The position numbers were made by a program, and so were the translations under genes. Of a stretch of DNA of 64,000 nt, positions 22,101-35,828 are shown one piece after another (the first letter of the stretch is position 1; each line of letters starts with the position of its first letter). The DNA is from Eledone cirrhosa. Its lineage: Eukaryota. The notes under the pieces are model-generated. The model did not search any database. It had not been told where the DNA came from and worked only from the letters and a program-made list of their open reading frames with translations. Location: NCBI GenBank assembly GCA_964016885.1, contig OZ024740.1, forward strand, positions 199,206,001-199,270,000, read 5' to 3'.

Positions 22101-22830
22101 AATGAAAAACAAATAATTAAAAGTAAAATAAAATACAGTTTCAATATGAAAGAATAGATGGACCACTTCAGGATCCGAAGGAAAAGTTCAAGATAGAGTT
22201 TTATTTTACTACATTGGACACAACAATTCCATCTATTAAAGAAAGATTTGAGCAGATGAATTTAATCAGTGAACTTTTTGGATTTCTTTATGATTTAAAG
22301 GCACTGCAAAATAAGACAACAGAAAACATAATGAGTTATTGCTTGAAGCTTGAGTCTGCATTGAAATCGGCTGAATCAAAAGATATAGATGCAAGTCATA
22401 TACCAAAGAATGTGAATCCAATGTGAGCAAAAACTTGTTGATAGTGTGCCTAATACAGTGGTTGTCTTGAGAATACTGTTGACATTACCAGTAACAGTGG
22501 CCAGTGGTGAGCGCAGCTTCTCTAAGCTTAAGCTGATTAAGACGTATTTACGATCCTCTATGGTACAAACCAGACTTATAGGACTGGCATTAATATCAAT
22601 AGAATATGAAATAGCTCATCAACTCAACATGGAGGATATTATATCTCAGTTTTCGAAATTAAAAGCACGCAAAGTTCACATTAAATTCAATTAGTTTTGT
22701 CTTTATATTTAGTTTTAAAAATAAATTTCGTTTTAATTACCAGGTTTATTAAATTTTTATTTAAACTTAATATTAGGGGTGCACATTTGTGTCTATGCTT
22801 ATAGTGAAATAATAGCTTGCGCCGGCCCTG
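19134..22830 (+). mobile_element. Inner hAT (Tip100-like) DNA transposon
   Basis: Perfect TIR CAGGGCCGGCGC / GCGCCGGCCCTG; perfect 8-bp TSD GTCATTGG at 19126-19133 and 22831-22838. Confidence 0.95.
20257..22694 (+). pseudogene. hAT transposase pseudogene (TTF zinc finger, DUF4371/ZMYM1-like, dimerisation domain)
   Basis: SGAQYRKRK, NLAFRG, GNLL, ILDCTPDVSHTEQ, GYDNGSNMKG, CSSHSL, SDTRWESR, TLPVTVASGERSFSKLKLIKTYLRS; stops and frameshifts. Confidence 0.95.
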
Positions 22831-23069
22831 GTCATTGGTCAGGTGATTGATGAAGTGAAGCAAGCTTTGCCTGCTTGTCGGCTTGTTATTGTTAATCGAT
22901 TTTATTCTCACTACCCTCGTCTGCCTGTCTGCTTGTCGCTTGCTTTCATATAATATAAACACGGCCGCTGGCTATCGACGTGATTTTTAGTCTTGAGTCT
23001 TTGTCTTGACAATAAGGCCGAAATACTAACTTCATAATGCGTAAAGGTGAATAGGTATTCCATTTCAGA

Positions 23070-25759
23070 ATATGAAAAAAAAAACAAAAAGGAGGCGCTG
23101 AAAAGGAGCGGGAGCAGAAAAGAAAAGCTTTGGTAAGCGTGGCTGCAACTTCAGCAACAATTTCTAAGTTGTTTTCGAGGGAAGCACAAACCGGAGCTGC
23201 GGGTTCAGAAAGTGATAGCCAATCTGTAGCTGGAATTATAACTAGTGATACTAATACCCGACCTGGAGCTGTCAGTGCTACCGAAACTGGAGCTGAAATT
23301 ATGGTGAGTGAAACCCAATTCGGAGCTCAAATTACTGACACTGTAATTAATACTCAAACTCCAGTTGGAATTACTGTGAATGATACTCAATCCGTAGTTG
23401 AAAATACTGCTGCGAGTTAGGAAAGCGAACAGTCTCTTGATGAGCGTTCGGTTGCAACCGTGGATTATTTTGCGGTGCCAAAAACTGCCAGTGACACAAA
23501 ACGGGTTTTGGCTTATCATCCAATTCAGCCAAGAAACATTTCAAAGACAAAAGCTTTGTGCGACAAAATGGCACTGTTCGTAGTTGGTCGACGTATTCGC
23601 AAAGAGAGGAGGCTCTTTTCTGCACTGTGTGCTTAGCTTATTCCAAGGATACTGAACACAGTTCCTTCATAAATGGAATGAAAGACTGGAGACATGTTCA
23701 TCAGAGAATTGAGGAACATGAAAAATACAGGTACCACAATGAAGGTTCAGAAACTCATTTTATCACTGTCAATGAGAAGGATGTCGGGGCTCAATAATTT
23801 GCTAAAGAGAAAATTCAGAACAACAGGGAAGTAATGCAAAGTGTAGTTGACATTGTTAAAGTAATTGGAAAACGGGGCCTTAGCTACCGTGGATCATCTT
23901 CTGAATCTGAGTTAGCATATGGGTTAGATAATCCTATTCTTGATCACGGCACCTTCTTAGAACTTGTTTTGCTTCTCAGTAAGTATGACATCTTCCTAAA
24001 AGATCATCTGGAAAAGGTGATCAAACAGAGTAAGAAAGCACATGACGCAGGCAGTAAAGGTCGTGGTAGTTCTTTGACTCTGATTTAAAAGACAGCAGTT
24101 AATCTTCTCACATTTCTTCCATGATTAAAAGTGTTATTGTTGATGAAGTTCGACAAGCTGGCATCTTTTCGCTTCAACTGGATACAACCAAAGATGTTTC
24201 AGTGAAAGACCAATGCTCCATAATTCTTCGATACATCTTTGAAAATCAGATTTATGAAAGACTAATTGCAGTTGTGAACACCTCGGATTCCACCGGAAAA
24301 GGGATGTGCGAACTGCTGGAGGAGAATAATATTGGTACTGGGAATTGCGTCTCAAATTCAACTGATGGAGTGTCAAACATGCAAGGCATATATAATGGTT
24401 TTACAGCTTGGTTGAAGAAAGAAGCTCCTGGACAGATTCATACATGGTACTACGCACATATATTATATTTGGTCATACATGATGCTACTCAGAATATTCT
24501 GGCTTCGTCATCACTATTTTCATGGATGATTCAAGTTGCTGTCTTTTTCCGAGAATCGTAAAACGTATGGATATTTGGGAGAACATCAGCAAAAATCCCA
24601 GAAAGAAGCGTCTTCAGATGATCGGAGAAACAAGGTGTTGGGCTAAACATGCTGCTATTTCCAAAGTATTTGGCTGTTTCACAAACGCTAACCCTGATAA
24701 TAATCTTTACGTGGACGTGGTGCTAGCACTTTTGTCTATCGAAGAGAATGAACAAGCCCAGCCAGATATACGAGCAAAGGCCAGATCCCTCAACGATTCA
24801 CTATTGAAGTATGAAACTGTTATGACAGCTTTTACGTATCTTAGAATATTTGAATTGACCACACCATTGTCAAAGTATCTCCAGACTAGTGGCATGGATG
24901 TTCTTAAAGCGCATCAGTTTATAATGAGCACGATAACTGAATTGCAAACATACAGAGAGATGTAGTAGGGATTCATCGTGCTGTGTCAATTTATTGACTG
25001 GACTTCCAAAAAACTGGAAGGACGTTGTGAAGCTGATGGGATTGAAACTGTTTTGACGCCTAAAGACTCCTTTCCAGAAAAAAGAGTGAGAAAAAAAAAG
25101 AGAATACCAGGAGAAAATGGAAAATACGAACCTATAGACGACGCAATGGAAGATTTTACTGTGATTGTACATAATAAGATCTTAGATTAATTAGTCCAAA
25201 GCTTGAAATCGTGATTTGAATCGAATAGTTCAATTTACAGAGATATGGCATGTTTATCGCCACTTAATTTTAGTGATATAGCCACCTGTTTGCAACGAAA
25301 GAGAACTTACAACATGAACTGATTAATCTTGCAAAAAATTGGAGCAGCCTTCGCAAAAGACCCCCTGAAGAATATGCTGCTGCCACTGCCAGACAATATG
25401 ATGATGAAGATGAAGGTGAACAAGTAGTTTCAACGGTTTGTAAGCAATGTAAAAATTGTGCAGTGTGCGTTTATCAGACTCTGCAGGCTTATAACCTTTT
25501 GACTGATGCGTATGGACTAATAGGATTAGCTTGTAAATTGATGCTGACTCTATCAACGACGCAAGTTGCCTGTGAACGTTCCTTCTCAACTTTGAAGTTT
25601 GTGAAGAACCGTCTAAGAAGTACACTAATTGAAAAGCATTTGGATGCTCTCATGCTCATGTGTGTAGAAAAAGATGTGCTTAGTCAGGTGGACTGCCAGG
25701 ATGTTATTGACAAAGTCGCTGAAAATAGTGACCTACTTAAGAAAAACTTGACTTTTTAA
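23070..25759 (+). pseudogene. Second hAT transposase pseudogene (outer element)
   Basis: LFCTVC, GLSYRG, LDTTKDVS, TDGVSNMQG, YAHIL, ETRCW, TQVACERSFSTLKFVKNRLRS; fragmented. Confidence 0.93.
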
Positions 25760-28523
25760 CTGCTTTGTGTAAATTGTTTTTTCTTAAAAAACATTCTTTT
25801 TAAAAAAAAACATTTATTTAATTTTGTTTATAGGGCTGGTTGCTTCGGATTTGCCAGGACCAATTTTAAGTCCCAATCCGCCCTTGGTTCGTTCATATTT
25901 ATATTATCTACATCCATGCTATTACTTCCTTTAAAGATCATACACGCTTCACTGACACTTAACCGATCATATATAAACGTCTTCAAAACATATCCCACAC
26001 ACATCTAGTTAGACATATAGTAAGTCAATGAAAATAGTCCTTTCAAATATGTACTATTAAAATAATAACATGACAGTTCCGTCTCTTTCAACAACACAGA
26101 CACGCAATACCTTCACATATCAAAGAAAAATCAGTGCCATTTTACTCATTCTACATATAACATGAAATACCCATAAATACACATAATTAAAATACCAGTA
26201 AATATAATATCTATGTGGGTTTTACAATCACGCGATCTCCTTTGGAGAAATTATATATACAGTGACGAAAGAAAGTTAGAGAGAGATATAAATATATAGA
26301 GATAGAGAGGGATAGATAGACATATACCGAGAGAGGGAGAGAGAGAGAGAGAGAGGTTAGTTTATCGGATTGCATTTAATCTTAGCAAAAACAAGTTTAT
26401 GTACTGGATGCGATAGTTCGAAAGTATTTGAGGATGTTGCGATCTAAGGAGTGGGACATTATAATTATTTAATGTTGTATAATCCATTAAACCACTAACT
26501 TAACCGTATATACATTTAACACAAATGTCAATTGATCATTCGTTCAGTCAGGACAATTCTATAGTATAGAGATGAAAACTCACCGTTCTCATTGACGCCA
26601 CAATGTAAATTGAACGAGCGAAAGTAGATACTTAGCAGCATGGTCCCAAATTCCATTCTCCCACTTCTATCACTTTTCACAGCATGGACTCCATGATGTA
26701 ATTCGTTTTCGTCGTATACTTACTTTTTTTCTGCTTTTCTGCGATTGAGAATACAGTAAATATTGATGATGATATCAGTTAAATTATCCAGATATATTCA
26801 CTTTCCAGATATTACTATACATATATGTTTTGATCACGAATATTTTATAAAGTGTTTGATAAATTTAAATAACAAAATTGAAATACGCAACGTGTTAGGC
26901 CTGCGTGCTGCGTCAATTTACGTCGCTCTTTTTCTTTGATAATGTAACATATAACTTGTAGAAATGTTATGGAAAATCAGGTATTGATCACACATCGCAA
27001 TTTAAAGTAGATTGTCCAGACTATGTTGAAATCAACCTGTCGCTTTTAATTCTCTCAATCTGTATAGATTTAACATCCACTGTGTCTAAAAACATTTATT
27101 TCATTTTCTCTGTTTTATTATCCATCAACAACCTCGACAATAAACAAAAGATAAATGATGAGATAACGCACAGCTTCGAATTTTATTATTACCCTTGTGG
27201 TTTTACCTAGAAGGAAAATTGTCGACAGTTCAAAAAGCATTTCCTCTTTTGTCAACTCATTCGAAACTTATTCTCTAATTATTTTCATTCTCAGTATCTC
27301 AGCGATTGACATTAAACTTTTGTGTTATAATCATTTTTTCACTCTTCATTTTCCCCTATGTTTAAAGATTATGTGAATGCAAGTGTAATATTTAAAACCA
27401 TTATAATTGTACATTCATGCTCTAAATATTCCGTATCCAAATGTGTATAAAAATGCTCTCAATTTAATGTGTAAATAAATCTCTCTGATGTAAAGGATCA
27501 ACATTCTTTCACTCGACTGTATCAGTTTAAAATGGTGAAATGATTTTTTTCATAGAAATTTAACGAAACGAATCCTGTTGCTTAATAAAGTTTATAACAC
27601 ATAACTTAATTCACCATGGAAATTGTATTTCAAATCAATATGGTAATCGGACTGGAATTTATTCTATGAAATATCATGCTGTTATTGTATGTAAAGATCT
27701 CAAGCTGACATATCGCTCACAACCAAAAATTCAATTCAGTTCCCAATGCAAACACGCATCAGAAAAAAAAAAAAGAAAGAAAAACAGAAACGTCGATGGT
27801 TTTCTACATAGGCTTGATTGACTAAAAACATGCATTACCCTTCATACTCATGTCATTAGAGGTGTATATCATAACCAGGATTGTATTCTAAAATAGCAAA
27901 AATGTTTAATAAATAAATGTATGCTACATGGAGGTTCTATAGAATTATATGTTAATAAAATCACATATACTTGTTATCATTCAAATGTCTGTAAACTATA
28001 TTAACAATCTCGTGTTAACGATATAATTATATTCCTGATTTAATCATGACGTATGGTAACACCTAAGGTTAGTTACTTTATTTCAGGTTTCAAAAATGAA
28101 ACGCCCTCATGAATAAGCGACTTCAAACATGACCTAAGAATTATGTTCGAAACCTGCCCCGCGTGACGGGAGATGTTCTTGGACAAGACACTTCACGTTC
28201 GGTCAGTGGTTCACAAAGTGGGTTCCGCTGAACCCAAGGGTTCTTAGTGTGCAAACGAGTGTCTGGGGCTCCATGAAAGAAGTAGAGGACTATATTTATG
28301 TCACAACCATATGACAGTATTAGCCTTTGGTGTTCTCCCAAACGGTTTTAAACAAAGAAGGGTTTCGCATTTGAAAAACTTCATGAAACGCTGTATGAGG
28401 TTGCTTTCATGAGAGTGTTTGCAATTCCAAGATTTAAATATCTCCTTTAAAATGCCAACTTGTACGAGGCCAGCTAAAACATCATAGGTATGAAGGAAAA
28501 ATGTCATTTGTTACAAGCGAAAC

Positions 28524-28559
<36 letters not shown>

Positions 28560-30275
28560 ACGTATATAATTTGATTTCATGTTTGAAATATATTTACTCT
28601 AATGTAATGGAGTTCTTGTTCTTTACTACCAAGGAAGTTGATATTAGAGAATAGGATCCCATTAATGGAACCTCTTTGTAGATTTAACGAGATTGAAAAC
28701 AATTCCGTTTTTTAAGGAAGCCGTCTTATGATTGATCTTCCTACAAATAATTATAGCTTTTATGAGATATATGCAAGGGGCTATGTCAAACAATCGACTC
28801 TTAATTGGATAGATTATACCATAAAATTAATGCACATATATAAACACAGGCAAACTTGCACAGATATACATATGATTGCATGTGTATATAGATAGCTGAC
28901 TGGGAGCAGGGCACAAAGTTTAGATATAAAGATACGTAATGTTAACTTAGTAGCGTCTCTTTTGGTGAAGGGTTATCTTAAACACGGTAGCTGCTTTGCG
29001 CGGTGTCGAATTGAGAGAGCCGTCAGAAGGTTGGCTAGACTGCTTCACGGTTATACATTGCTTCTTATCTTTTCGAAATCGATAGATATATTAACAGCCC
29101 ACTCGCAGTGTCAATCCTCCCACCTCTCATTGTCTTGCTCTCCCTCCCTCTCCGTCGTTCTTCCCGCTTCTCCTCCTCTCTCTCTTCTTTCTCTCTCCTT
29201 CACACTATCCACCTGTATATCTATCTATGTATCTGTAGCATGTTCTCCTCTTCTCTAGAACTTATCTAATATGATCTGAGCCTAAGAGAGGTATGCCCCG
29301 CCAGATTTAATATGCCAAACGCACCGTGTATTATGAAGGCTTCGCTAAAACAGAATCACATTTTCTGGATCTATGGACAAGACAGTCTACAATTGTTAAT
29401 AGAAAAAAAAAGAACAAACAAAAAATCACTACGCGTTCTTCTAGATTGTATTTCTACTTAATTTACTTCTACGATATACGTTAATTAATGCTAGTGGTGG
29501 TGGTAGTTAAAGTTACAGTGGTGGCGGCTACATATCACCCCACTGTTATTAGCTGTCAACTGACCAACTGGTCATTAAATCAACATAATAAATCTCCCAC
29601 CCATTCTTTCACACACTCTCTCTCTATATATATATAGCCACATCACCTTCATTAAGATAAAACAATAAGTCTGCCAGACATTAACCACCATAATATCAAC
29701 ACTACCACTCTCAATTTTTATTCTCTATCTATCTACTCCTTCCCCGTCCTTAGCCCTACCCCTTATGTGTCATCCTCGTCTCATCATCCCCACTCTCTGT
29801 CTCCTGTCCTTTATCTCTTCCCCTCTCACTTAATTTTTATTTTTTATTTATTATTTTTTGTCTTTTATCTGTTTGTTATTATTTTTTTTATTTTTTTACT
29901 CTAATTCTCTGGGATTTGACCACTACGTATGCATGTATGTATTTAATGCTTCTTTTCATGTTATTGTTATCTCTACCCTCATCACTACTTTACACATACA
30001 CATACTGACCACTCTAACTTTAACTAAATCCACCACCACTTCTATTTTCGTCAATTGTATTCTGCACTTATTTTTTACTTTATATCTCTATCATCTTCAT
30101 TCTAACTTCTTTATCATTATCTTTCATTATTGATGTTATTCTTTTGATCTCCGATGTATCTATAAATGCCAATGCCATGTGTTAAACCCTCCAGTATTCC
30201 AATGATTTGATCACAGACAAACACTGTATTTAAGGTCGAGTGACGCAACTTCGAGTGATTAGCAGACTTTAGACT

Positions 30276-30302
30276 CACCTGATGAATGAAACAATTGTTA
30301 AT
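30276..30302 (+). ncRNA. Hammerhead-like core with stem II reduced to 2 nt
   Basis: CTGATGA-at-GAAAC-aatt-GTT; palindromic ACAATTGT; no stem I. Confidence 0.4.
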
Positions 30303-30544
30303 ACTTAAAATAAAACCCTTTTTGTACAGTCGACCATGTTATTCTTCACACTTTCACTACCATAACTCCAAGAATAAACTGCATGGGAATTCTGGCAAAC
30401 TCGCTCCCTAGCTATGGAAACATATTGTTGAGTCAAACAACGCCATACGTTAAAACTATCCCCAATACAGAGTACTCACAACCTCTAACTGTAATACCTA
30501 AAACGATAACTTGTTATCCCATATATATATATATATATATATAT

Positions 30545-30613
<69 letters not shown>

Positions 30614-30854
30614 CAGAGGCAGAGAGAGAAGAATGAAACGAAATTTCATTTCTCACTCTTAGTACGGCTGATACCTAAATATAAGTATGTATACGTACAT
30701 ACATATATGTGTACAGGCGCACAGTAGTATGTATATATATATATACATGCACATATATATATATTTACGTATGTGTTTACCGAACATTTATTATAATGTT
30801 CGGTATAAGGCAAGTATATACTTTCAGACGTTCAATCATCTGACAGAAGGTATA

Positions 30855-30895
30855 CGATGCTGACGATAGCTAATAAGCTTGAAAGTAGTACATCG
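30855..30895 (+). ncRNA. Minimal type I hammerhead ribozyme
   Basis: cgatg-CTGACGA-t agct aata agct t-GAAA-gtag-TA-catcg; 5-bp stem I. Confidence 0.85.
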
Positions 30896-31284
30896 TTCAT
30901 GTGTCAGTGTTGAACAAAAGGCGACGATGTCTGCCGAGCACCGTACGGCGTAATTTGAGCTGTTTGTTTACAAACAAACCGGACATTATAATAAATGTTC
31001 GGTAAACCCATACGTACATATATATATAAGTGTGCATGTATGTATATATATACATACTACTGTGCATATGTACACATATATGTATGTACGTATACATACT
31101 TATATTTAGGAATCAGCCGTACTAAGAGTGAGAAATGAAATTTCGTTTCATTCTTTTCCATTTATAGTTTTCGGTATGCCCGGGCGACTAACTCACTCGA
31201 TATGCAAATTAGGCTGCTCAGCTGTTAATATGCATAAGGAAAGTATATACTTTCAGACGTTCAATCATCTGACAGAAAGGTATA

Positions 31285-31325
31285 CGATGATGACGATAGC
31301 TAATAAGCTTGAAGCTAGTACATCG
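31285..31325 (+). ncRNA. Second tandem hammerhead copy with core mutations
   Basis: cgatg-ATGACGA-...-GAAG-ctag-TA-catcg; the two copies imply consensus GAAACTAGTA. Confidence 0.65.
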
Positions 31326-31537
31326 TTCCTGTGTCAGTGTAGAACAAAAGGGCGACGATGGTTACCGAGCACTGTACGGCGTATTTCGTGCTGTTTGTTT
31401 ACAAACAAATCGAACATTATAATAAATGTTCAGTAAACACATACGTACATATATATATATATGTGCATGTATGTATATATATATATGCATACTACTGTGA
31501 GTCTGTACACATATATGTATGTACGTATACATACTAA

Positions 31538-31606
<69 letters not shown>

Positions 31607-31615
31607 CTATATATA

Positions 31616-31662
<47 letters not shown>

Positions 31663-32062
31663 TTGTACATGTTATTCAACATATTATTATGCATGAAAGG
31701 ATATGAGGAAGATCTCGATCGATCAATCATGTGACATATTTTGACATATTTTGGGTCAAATGGATCAATAACTATATAAAATACCTTCTTCAGATAAACA
31801 ACCACGAAACCATTAATGTTCAATCAAGAGTAATATATGTGTTGGGAAAAAGGACACATTGAAAGAATACACCAGAGATCGATATATATATATAGAGAGA
31901 GAGAGAGGGGGTATTTCCACAGTAAGGATATTAGATGTATGTAAGTCACCACTAAAATGAACGATCCTAATTTATGCTATACACACAGATGCATACAACC
32001 ACACACACCCACACACACACACTCAAAGACACACACACGCACACACACACCACCATATATGC

Positions 32063-32116
<54 letters not shown>

Positions 32117-32578
32117 GCATTAACGGCCTGTTTCTGGAAACTTCCTTTTACCCCCTCCGTATCATTTATGTTTCGCTTCACTGAAAGCTTTTCACAGTCT
32201 ATTGGTTTTTCCTCTGCACACATTAATCAAACGCATATTCCAGATTCCGATCTGGTAACCTATATTCCTCCTCCATACCCTACATTCGGATTTTTTCGTG
32301 ACATTCGACATAGGAAACATCATAAACTATATATATATGTATATAAATCAATATCATTATGTATATATATATTTGTAATATGACAATTTATATTTTATTT
32401 AAAAAGTAAAAGAGTGAAAAAAAAAAACTTGCATAGATTAGCCGTATTTTCCCGATTCATAGTATAGGTGTATTCACTTGTATCTTTACAACTGGTATAG
32501 TAACTGATTTGTGTCACTCTTACTGGATTCGGTTATTAGACTGCAACAATGGTGGGGAATCCCCTTGATTTATATGAT

Positions 32579-32616
<38 letters not shown>

Positions 32617-32696
32617 TACTATATATAGAGTTATAAACTCAAACAGTCTTTTACAATTAAATAGCTCAAAGAAAAAGATATTTCTGAGCCGTGAAA

Positions 32697-33140
32697 TACA
32701 AATTAATATAAATTAATATATGATAAAGACGGCTGTTATTTCTAGCGGCACGAGTATAGGACTAGCAGGGCGCTGAGAAACCATGTGCGTTCAACACTTC
32801 TCTATCAGTCCTCCTAAGTATTTTGAGGTGAAACATACCAATTGTCTGGATACCTGCCGAAGAGCACAGAAATGGAATTTTCACTTATCGTTGCGAAACG
32901 GATTTGAGTTTTGAAATTTAAATTTGTCTACGGAACCGATTTGGGTTTTGAAATTTGTCCAGGTATCACGGCTATTGCCAATATGGGTTTGTTTTTATTG
33001 ATTTATTATTTTAAATTGAGACAGGCAAGCTGTATTAATTTAATTAGTATTTTTCAATCTAGCTAACTTGGTCATTTGCAATACAAATACTTATATAATT
33101 GTATTAGTGTTTATCATATATTAATTTATATTAATTTGTA
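32697..33140. repeat. Element with ~33-bp inverted ends between (TA)n tracts
   Basis: 32697-32730 inverted against 33108-33140; internal CCGAAGA-gca...tgc-GAAAC (32857-32899) is weakly HHR-like. Confidence 0.7.
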
Positions 33141-33199
33141 TATATATATATAATATTAAAGATACTATTTATAGTTATGTATATACTATACTATAAACG

Positions 33200-34420
33200 T
33201 CTATAAACATTAAATTACCAGTATGATGATCAAAGACTTCCTTCCTACGTCTACTAAGAACATACCAATACCATCTAAATATGCATATGAAAAATTATTG
33301 ATCAATAGTGTCAACTCCTTTATCAATAGAGTGAGATGGAGGACCTTCCATTATGATAAAAACAGATGTAACAAAATCGGTGATACTAACAAATTAAAAA
33401 GCCCTCCTCACAACACCTTATTAAACTCTTTTGAAAATGACCTAATAAAATTAGTTAAGAACATTACATACAAAAAGCATCGTAATAGAAATAACACCTT
33501 CTTAAACAAACTTAACTCCACTATTAAAGGATTTAATACAAATAAAAAAAATTATAGTACATGCAGATAAAACTAATAATATATATAGCCTAGATTATGA
33601 TACATATAGAAAATTTATATATAAAGAACTACATAGGTGCTATAGGAAAACTACTATTAAAAACCTAGAAGATATAAATTTGGAAAGCCGTAGAATAGTG
33701 TGTAAATTGCGACTTCAGAGACATACACAGCCATACACCCCTAAGCCCACAAGATTCTCTCTGAAGGACCATAAAGAAGATTTCATTAGTAACCCTTCGA
33801 TAAAACTAATCTGCCCTTCCAAATCTGTATTATCAGTAAGAAAATATTAGATAGAATCATCCCACAGATTAAGCACAACATATATCACGCCAGTGGGGAA
33901 ATACAGGTGAAGTTATTGAATGGTTTAAGGATATAAAGAGAATAAAAATAAAAAATCCATACAGTTTGATATCAATTCATGCTACATCTCTATTTCCCCT
34001 ATCCTATTAAATAAGGCACTTATGGCCATGAACAATAGTGACCTGACTAGATCCCAAATCGATGAAATACTTGCGGCTCGAAAAACCATAATTACATTTG
34101 AATATCAATTATGGACCCGCAAGGAGACGCATAACAACTTTGACATAACTATGGGATCTAGTGACTCGGAGCATGTCACTGATTTGGTGGGCCTATATCT
34201 ACTAAATGAAATTCATAAGGACCTCAATGGTGGTTTATACCGCGATGATGCACTACTCCTTATAGGCTATAAACAATTTAATATAGAAAGAACTAGGAAA
34301 CTATTACATAACATTTTCAAAAACTTCAACTTAAGTATCACCTTAGACAAAAACACTAAAAATGTTAACTTCCTTAATGCTACCCTTTACCTAGACACTA
34401 AAATATATACCCCCACAGCA
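33200..34420 (+). mobile_element. Decayed Naiad-like Penelope RT (N-terminal half)
   Basis: TKNIPIPSK..LI..V.SFINRVRWR, SFENDL, ADKTNNIY, LKDHKEDF..NPSI.LICPSKS, QFDI, FDITMGS.D, DLVGLYLL, GGLYRDD. Confidence 0.9.
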
Positions 34421-34562
34421 TCACACTCTTTGATCCACTCTTTCTTCTACACAAATGATGTGTATATCTAACATTATACTCTAGAACTATTCTTTTCGTC
34501 ACCACCTTTTAATATAATTTCTTTAGATTACTTATAATTATACAGTGATTGAAATATATATT

Positions 34563-34650
<88 letters not shown>

Positions 34651-34682
34651 CTTAAATATATATATATATATATATAGTTTTA

Positions 34683-34715
<33 letters not shown>

Positions 34716-34717
<2 letters not shown>

Positions 34718-34955
34718 GCGAGGTTTTTAATATGAAATCGTGTGTCGAAACAAATATTGTTATACTTGGGGAGGGTCATATTTGTGTAATATTGCCAGAA
34801 TTAATAACAGAACACACTCACTGTTTGGTTGGTTTTCGCTTCTGTGTCTTTTATATTGGTTAATTTAATTTATTCGTCCTCAATGTTTCCAATATAAATG
34901 ACACAGAAGCGAAAACCAACCAAACAGTGAGGGTGTTCTGTTATTAATTCTGGCA
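34716..34955. mobile_element. Solo pLTR terminus with fold-back (67-bp arms); family of the 48480-50845 element
   Basis: 34793-34859 inverted against 34889-34955; 34716-34890 matches 48497-48670. Confidence 0.9.
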
Positions 34956-35000
34956 TATAACACATATATATATACATGCATATATATATATATATATAAG

Positions 35001-35037
<37 letters not shown>

Positions 35038-35692
35038 CCGATATAATGTTAGACTATCTTTGTTTTTTTTATATATGAATATTGAGTGTTTCTTGTATCT
35101 CATTCTGTTGTTTTGCCCGAGAAAATATCTGTGTCATCAAACGTTGTACACACATAGCTATTTTTTCAAGTTCCAATTGAGTTCTAGCACGTGGCCTGAA
35201 TTCCTTTTAGAATTCATTGTCCTGCGTATGTATTTTTTTTTGCGGTAATATACTTCCTCATTTGTTAATCAATTTGAGTATTTCTTTAGAACTGCTGGTG
35301 TAGCAACCTAACAGATACCTCAGGCACTGATGGTGATTATCGCTAAATACTGATATTGGTTAGATTATCAATATTAGTATTATTGGGCACCCACTGATGA
35401 ATTATAATAGCCCACTTGAATATATATCTGTTGATTGTATACAAGCTCCTACATAAATTGGTATAATTTCACCCAAATTGTAGGAATCTTATAATGAAAC
35501 GAGACGTCCGTTTGGGAAGAGATATATTCGATATGTCTCATATGAAATAATACAGCCAATTTCCCACACAATACATTTAGTTAGCACCCCGAACGCTTAA
35601 TTAGGAATATACTCACTTATTTCCTAATGCTTGTTGAGTGAGTTGGAATTTGGCCGGAGTATCGCTAAAAGCTTTCTCCGATAATGTATTTA

Positions 35693-35767
<75 letters not shown>

Positions 35768-35828
35768 CTTAGAGTTTAGACTGCTTAGAGTTTAGACTCA
35801 ATGGGGTCATTTACAATCATTTCAGCAG

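Larger units (their letters stand above)
18977..25886 (+). mobile_element. Outer hAT (Tip100-like) DNA transposon, interrupted by the inner hAT
   Basis: TIRs CACCGGCGGATTGG and CCAATCCGCCCTTG; flanks ACTCGTTC (18969-18976) and GTTCGTTC (25887-25894) form a degenerate 8-bp TSD. Confidence 0.85.
30631..31540 (+). mobile_element. Non-coding HHR repeat: 430-bp direct tandem plus inverted 5' copy
   Basis: 30631-30803 inverted against 30978-31153; 30805-31100 repeated at 31235-31530; flanked by (GA)n and (TA)n. Confidence 0.88.

Noticed and set aside
32440-32545. Minus-strand CTAATAA-ccgaatc...gaatcgg-GAAA as a hammerhead, and a similar weak motif near 29330-29352
   Set aside because: There are two or more core mismatches and no stem I or III, so they cannot be told from chance.
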